A DNA stretch of 31,965 nt, taken from IMG/VR virus record IMGVR_UViG_3300020044_004491, positions 1-31,965 of that record; one strand, given 5' to 3'. The position numbers and the translations under genes are program-made. Source of the stretch: a virus (lineage: Duplodnaviria; Caudoviricetes). The notes under the pieces are model-generated. The model was given only the letters and a program-made list of their open reading frames with translations, ran no database searches and was not told the origin of the DNA. Positions 28,196-31,965 of this stretch are shown here, in pieces. Each line of letters opens with the position of its first letter. Position 1 is the first letter of the stretch.

Positions 28196-29950
28196 ATGGC
28201 GGCTATTGACTTTAAACAAGTCTTTGACTTTACTGGCGGTATCAACTTTCGTGCCGACCAGTTTCAGTTGGCTGACAATGAATCACCAGGGATGCTCAAT
28301 GTAGAAATTGACCCTCGTGGTGGTGTGTTCAGCCGCGCTGGTTATCAAACAAAGCACGCAACTCCAGTAGTGGCTTCTGGTGCCGTATGGAAACCAAAAG
28401 GTTTGTACGACTACAAATACAGTACTGCTCCAAAAATAATGCTTACAACCGGCTATGTAACAAGTTCGTCTACCAATGGGAAGATTTACCATTCAAGCGG
28501 TGGAAACTTTACAAAACTTGCGGCTGATGCATTTAACGATGTCAACGTAAAATCTACCAACGGTGCTTCAATGACCCAATGGGAAGACACCATGTACTTT
28601 GCTATTGGTGTTACTGCTCCATATATGTACAGTTGGGAAGCAAGCAACACATATGCAACACAGTTGACTGCTTCTGGGCCAACATGGCAACCATACGAGA
28701 TTCCTGCACTCACTCCATATATGCCACGAGCAGAACATGTATTAGCTCATGCCAATAAGCTGTTTGTTGCTAACACTTATGAAAACGGAGTTGCATATCC
28801 AAACCGTTTGCGTTGGTCGCATGAGAACCTTCCAGGCTCTTGGTATCAACAGGATTACATTGACATCATTGCTGGCGGTGAAGGCATCCGTGGAATCCAA
28901 GTAGTTGATGGCCAGTTACTCATCTTCAAGCCAAAAGCTATTTACCTTCTTATGGGTTACGACGCCGACTCATTTCAGTTGGTTGAACTAACCACGGTTC
29001 TTGGTATTGACTACCCACAACAAGCAGTAGCTGGTTCTGGTGGGGTTTACTTTTTTGACTATCCAGGCGGATTGTTCTTCTATGACCGCAATGGAATCCA
29101 AGATGTTTTTGAAAGAATTAAGCCAATCATTATTGACCGAGAAGTTAATTCTGAATATACGTTTGATATAACGCTTTCATTTGTTCGAGACAGACTATGG
29201 GTATCAATGCCATATGCGCCAGGTGAAATTGCTGCTCCTCCAGAGTACCCAAGCGTTAACTTTATTTTTGACCCAACGATTGGTCCACGTGGTGCATACA
29301 CGATGTTTCAAACTGCTGAATGGTTTGACCCAACTTCAATAAACCCAGACGAAGGTTTTATTGGTGGTTTTGGTCTCGTATGTGGCATGGATTGGCGTGA
29401 TGGTAATGACCAACCTTGGTATTTGATGGTTTCTCCGTACAACCAATACGCACATGTTATGTATGTAGATGACTACGCAAATATTCTTGATGACGCACCA
29501 ACAGGTTTTACTGGAAAGTTTGCAACAGCATACCGAACAGCATGGTTTGACGACAATCGTTATGTACAGTTGAAATCCTTTATTCGTCCATACTTTGTTC
29601 TTAAAGAAGTTGATTCCCCAACACAGATTCGTTTAGGGATATACAAAAACTACGACGAAACAAATCAAGCTGGCGGAACAAAAACCATTTCTTTAACTCC
29701 AATCTCAAGTGGAGGAACTTATTCAACTTCTGGCTCAGGTGGCGTATATGGAACTGCTCTTTACGGAATTAGCACGGTTGGAGCGGCAATTAAGAGAAAA
29801 GGCATCGCGCCGCTTGGTCGAGGATATGCGGTTCAGCTCCAATTCAGCGGACCAGATGATTCAACAGACGCAGCAGTTGCCCCAGGAAGAAAATGGGGAC
29901 TGAATAGTATTGGTTACAAATTCAAAAGACGGAAAATCCGAGGAACATAA
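28196..29950 (+). CDS. Tail nozzle / tail tubular protein B-like
   Basis: DFTGGIN, NVEID.RGGV..RAG, NKLFVA....NRLRWS, LLIFKPKAIY; 584 aa, propeller-like. Confidence 0.8.
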   Translation: MAAIDFKQVFDFTGGINFRADQFQLADNESPGMLNVEIDPRGGVFSRAGYQTKHATPVVASGAVWKPKGLYDYKYSTAPKIMLTTGYVTSSSTNGKIYHSSGGNFTKLAADAFNDVNVKSTNGASMTQWEDTMYFAIGVTAPYMYSWEASNTYATQLTASGPTWQPYEIPALTPYMPRAEHVLAHANKLFVANTYENGVAYPNRLRWSHENLPGSWYQQDYIDIIAGGEGIRGIQVVDGQLLIFKPKAIYLLMGYDADSFQLVELTTVLGIDYPQQAVAGSGGVYFFDYPGGLFFYDRNGIQDVFERIKPIIIDREVNSEYTFDITLSFVRDRLWVSMPYAPGEIAAPPEYPSVNFIFDPTIGPRGAYTMFQTAEWFDPTSINPDEGFIGGFGLVCGMDWRDGNDQPWYLMVSPYNQYAHVMYVDDYANILDDAPTGFTGKFATAYRTAWFDDNRYVQLKSFIRPYFVLKEVDSPTQIRLGIYKNYDETNQAGGTKTISLTPISSGGTYSTSGSGGVYGTALYGISTVGAAIKRKGIAPLGRGYAVQLQFSGPDDSTDAAVAPGRKWGLNSIGYKFKRRKIRGT

Positions 29951-30519
29951 TGGCAACAGTAAACATCCCATATACATTTACCAACGGAACACCGATTGTT
30001 GCTTCAGAGCACAACGCCAACTGGTCAAGCATTGAGAACTTTGTTAATGCTTTATCTGCTGGTAACAACTTCGATACAGGTGCTCTTGACACAGTAACTA
30101 TTGCTGACGGTGCTATTACATCGGCGAAGCTTGGAACATCTCTTACTTTGGTTACGCCAAATATTGGTGCAGCAACAGCAACGTCATTGACGGTTACTGG
30201 AAACATTGTTTACCACACTGGCACGACTGCACAAACAGCTTCCTACACATTGGCACTAACCGATGACTCAAAGATTATTGAAATTTCCAGTCCAACTGCA
30301 GTTAACTTGACTGTTCCTTTGAACTCTTCTGTTGCATTTCCAATTGGTACTTCAATCACAATTTTGCAAACTGGTGCTGGTCAAATAACTGTTGTTCCTG
30401 TTTCTGGAGTAATAATTAACTCAACTCCAGGATTAAAGATTCGTGCACAATGGGCTGCAGCAACATTGCTTAAACGAGCAGAAAACACTTGGGTACTCAT
30501 GGGAGACTTGACTGTCTAA
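29950..30519 (+). CDS. Tail fibre/adaptor protein
   Basis: IPYTFTNGT.I.ASEHNANW N-terminus, IADGAITSAKL, C-terminal domain shared with 17072..17593. Confidence 0.75.
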   Translation: MATVNIPYTFTNGTPIVASEHNANWSSIENFVNALSAGNNFDTGALDTVTIADGAITSAKLGTSLTLVTPNIGAATATSLTVTGNIVYHTGTTAQTASYTLALTDDSKIIEISSPTAVNLTVPLNSSVAFPIGTSITILQTGAGQITVVPVSGVIINSTPGLKIRAQWAAATLLKRAENTWVLMGDLTV

Positions 30520-31268
30520 TGCCATTATTCGTTGGAGCTATTGATGCTGGCGGAGACCAGCCAACACCACCTGGCACACCGACAGCCGTGGGTGGCAATA
30601 CTGTTGCTGTAGTTACATTTGGCCAACCAAGTTATCTTGGAAAAACTGGCACTGTCGTTTACACGGTTACATCAAGTCCTGGAAACATTACAGCAAGCGG
30701 CATTTCACCAGTAACTATTACTGGCCTTACAAACGGAACCGCCTACACATTTACTGTTACAGGAACGACTGACTACGGTGTTGTTTCTAATGCAAGCGCT
30801 GCATCTAATTCTGTGACTCCGGCTGCTCCTCCCGCTCCTCCGCCACCTCCGCCACCTCCTCCTGGTCCTCCGCCACCGCCTCCTTGTTCATGTGCCCCAC
30901 AGCCATGGCCAAATAATTGCACTCGCGTTTTCCCAAACACTTGTGACGGCACATACACATTTGAGTATTACGACTGTGGATGTAGCCAAACATGCCCAGG
31001 AACTGGTGGTTACAACCCACAACAGATTTCAGGTTCTTGTGGATATGTTGCACCTGCTCCAATACCTGGCTGTACTTCATGTAACTACACCGTTACTGGT
31101 CAATCACAATTCACTTGTGGTTGTGAAGAAGTGCGTTTTATATTGAAACAAAAGTTTTATGTAGTAACGTATTACTCAACAACATGCAGTCCAGACCCAT
31201 GTTCAGGTTGTTCTTGCCCACAATCAAGCACAGGGGCATGCACACTGTCTAGCTTTAACTGTTTCTAA
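30519..31268 (+). CDS. Fibronectin type III + polyproline + Cys-rich protein
   Basis: TAATG start MPLFVG; PGTPTAV.GN...YTVTSSPG...ITGLTNGTAYTFTV...SAASNSVTP; Pro run; 18 Cys in the C-terminal half. Confidence 0.85.
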   Translation: MPLFVGAIDAGGDQPTPPGTPTAVGGNTVAVVTFGQPSYLGKTGTVVYTVTSSPGNITASGISPVTITGLTNGTAYTFTVTGTTDYGVVSNASAASNSVTPAAPPAPPPPPPPPPGPPPPPPCSCAPQPWPNNCTRVFPNTCDGTYTFEYYDCGCSQTCPGTGGYNPQQISGSCGYVAPAPIPGCTSCNYTVTGQSQFTCGCEEVRFILKQKFYVVTYYSTTCSPDPCSGCSCPQSSTGACTLSSFNCF

Positions 31269-31288
31269 CAACAACACGAAGGATAAAA

Positions 31289-31516
31289 ATGAAAGACCCA
31301 ATTAATAATCCGGAAGAATTCGTCGATAGACATGCATATTTTGCTTTTGTTGTTGACGGCGAAGTAACCCATTTGCATACAGTAGATTTTTTGATGGAAC
31401 TTGTTATCGCATCAATGTCTTCTAACCCAACTGTGGTTCGTCTTTCCAAAGAAGATGCCATCAGGGTTAAAGGCGGATGGTATTTTGACGGTAACGAATT
31501 TAAAGAAAAGTTGTAA
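31289..31516 (+). CDS. Hypothetical protein (75 aa)
   Basis: AAGGA RBS; FAFVVDGEV...SNPTVV...GWYFDGNEF. Confidence 0.7.
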   Translation: MKDPINNPEEFVDRHAYFAFVVDGEVTHLHTVDFLMELVIASMSSNPTVVRLSKEDAIRVKGGWYFDGNEFKEKL

Positions 31517-31518
31517 AT

Positions 31519-31746
31519 ATGTCTGCTTGGAAGGATTACAAAGCAAAACTGGGTACGACACGTCCATGGGACCTTCTTAACCCAAACACAGAATTTGCTA
31601 GCGACGAACTAGAAAGCACTCGTTATTCGTTGTGCAACGACTGCCCAGAATTCATCAGAATGACCACCCAATGTAAGCAATGTGGCTGCATCATGAAAGC
31701 CAAGGTCAAATTGCTTCATGCGACATGTCCTTTGGGTAAGTGGTGA
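31519..31746 (+). CDS. Small Cys-rich protein (DUF6171-like)
   Basis: R...CNDC......QCKQCGCIMKAK......CPLGKW. Confidence 0.75.
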   Translation: MSAWKDYKAKLGTTRPWDLLNPNTEFASDELESTRYSLCNDCPEFIRMTTQCKQCGCIMKAKVKLLHATCPLGKW

Positions 31747-31965
31747 TGTTTGACTTTGCTGATGCAACTACCAGCGAGTATCAAGCATTTGCTCGGTTTG
31801 TGGATGTTGAAACAAACATTCCACGAAAGATTGCAGAGATAGACCCAGCAACATTCCCTTATGGGTTTAAGGCTGAAGTCGGCCCATTCCGTAGCTACCA
31901 AAAAGAAAACTTGCTTTCCAAGGACGAATGCGAGTATTTGATTTGGCTTGCTGAATCTACTGATG
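31746..31965 (+). CDS. Probable 2OG-Fe(II) oxygenase / prolyl-4-hydroxylase-like, 3'-truncated
   Basis: TGATG overlap; open to window end; ENLLSKDECEYLIWLAE resembles the N(F/L)LSxEECxxLI helix of P4H-like enzymes. Catalytic HxD is outside the window. Confidence 0.55.
   Translation, partial: MFDFADATTSEYQAFARFVDVETNIPRKIAEIDPATFPYGFKAEVGPFRSYQKENLLSKDECEYLIWLAESTD

Overview
Part of a tailed dsDNA phage genome. It looks podovirus-like: P22-type portal, scaffold, capsid, head-tail adaptor and nozzle, with no tape measure gene in view. The host is probably an actinobacterium, inferred from leaderless TAnnnT promoters, actinophage-type HNH zinc fingers and gene style. Layout: (1) 1-3.6 kb (+): end of a large internal virion protein, then a lipoprotein, a 2-TM protein and a lytic transglycosylase. 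(2) 3.5-8.4 kb (-): sigma region-4 HTH, RusA, small membrane proteins, SAM methyltransferase, GT2-TPR-GT2 glycosyltransferase, HTH-Zn finger. (3) 8.4-10.7 kb: largely non-coding control region with tiny ORFs and an HNH nuclease. (4) 10.7-32 kb (+): terS, a 7.5 kb collagen/tail-fibre island, terL, small basic proteins, portal, scaffold, capsid, tail genes and the start of a probable 2OG-Fe(II) oxygenase. The most striking signal is a repeated promoter-like motif GTAAYG-N14/15-TAG(G/A). Four copies precede structural operons. A fifth, on the minus strand, points into a ~270-nt hairpin-rich non-coding stretch that ends in a G7/T6 tract and is followed by GCGAAGC repeats. No polymerase, primase, helicase or initiator is visible, so this may be an RNA-primed (ColE1-like) phage origin; that is a hypothesis. 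All calls come from reading the sequence; no database searches were run.
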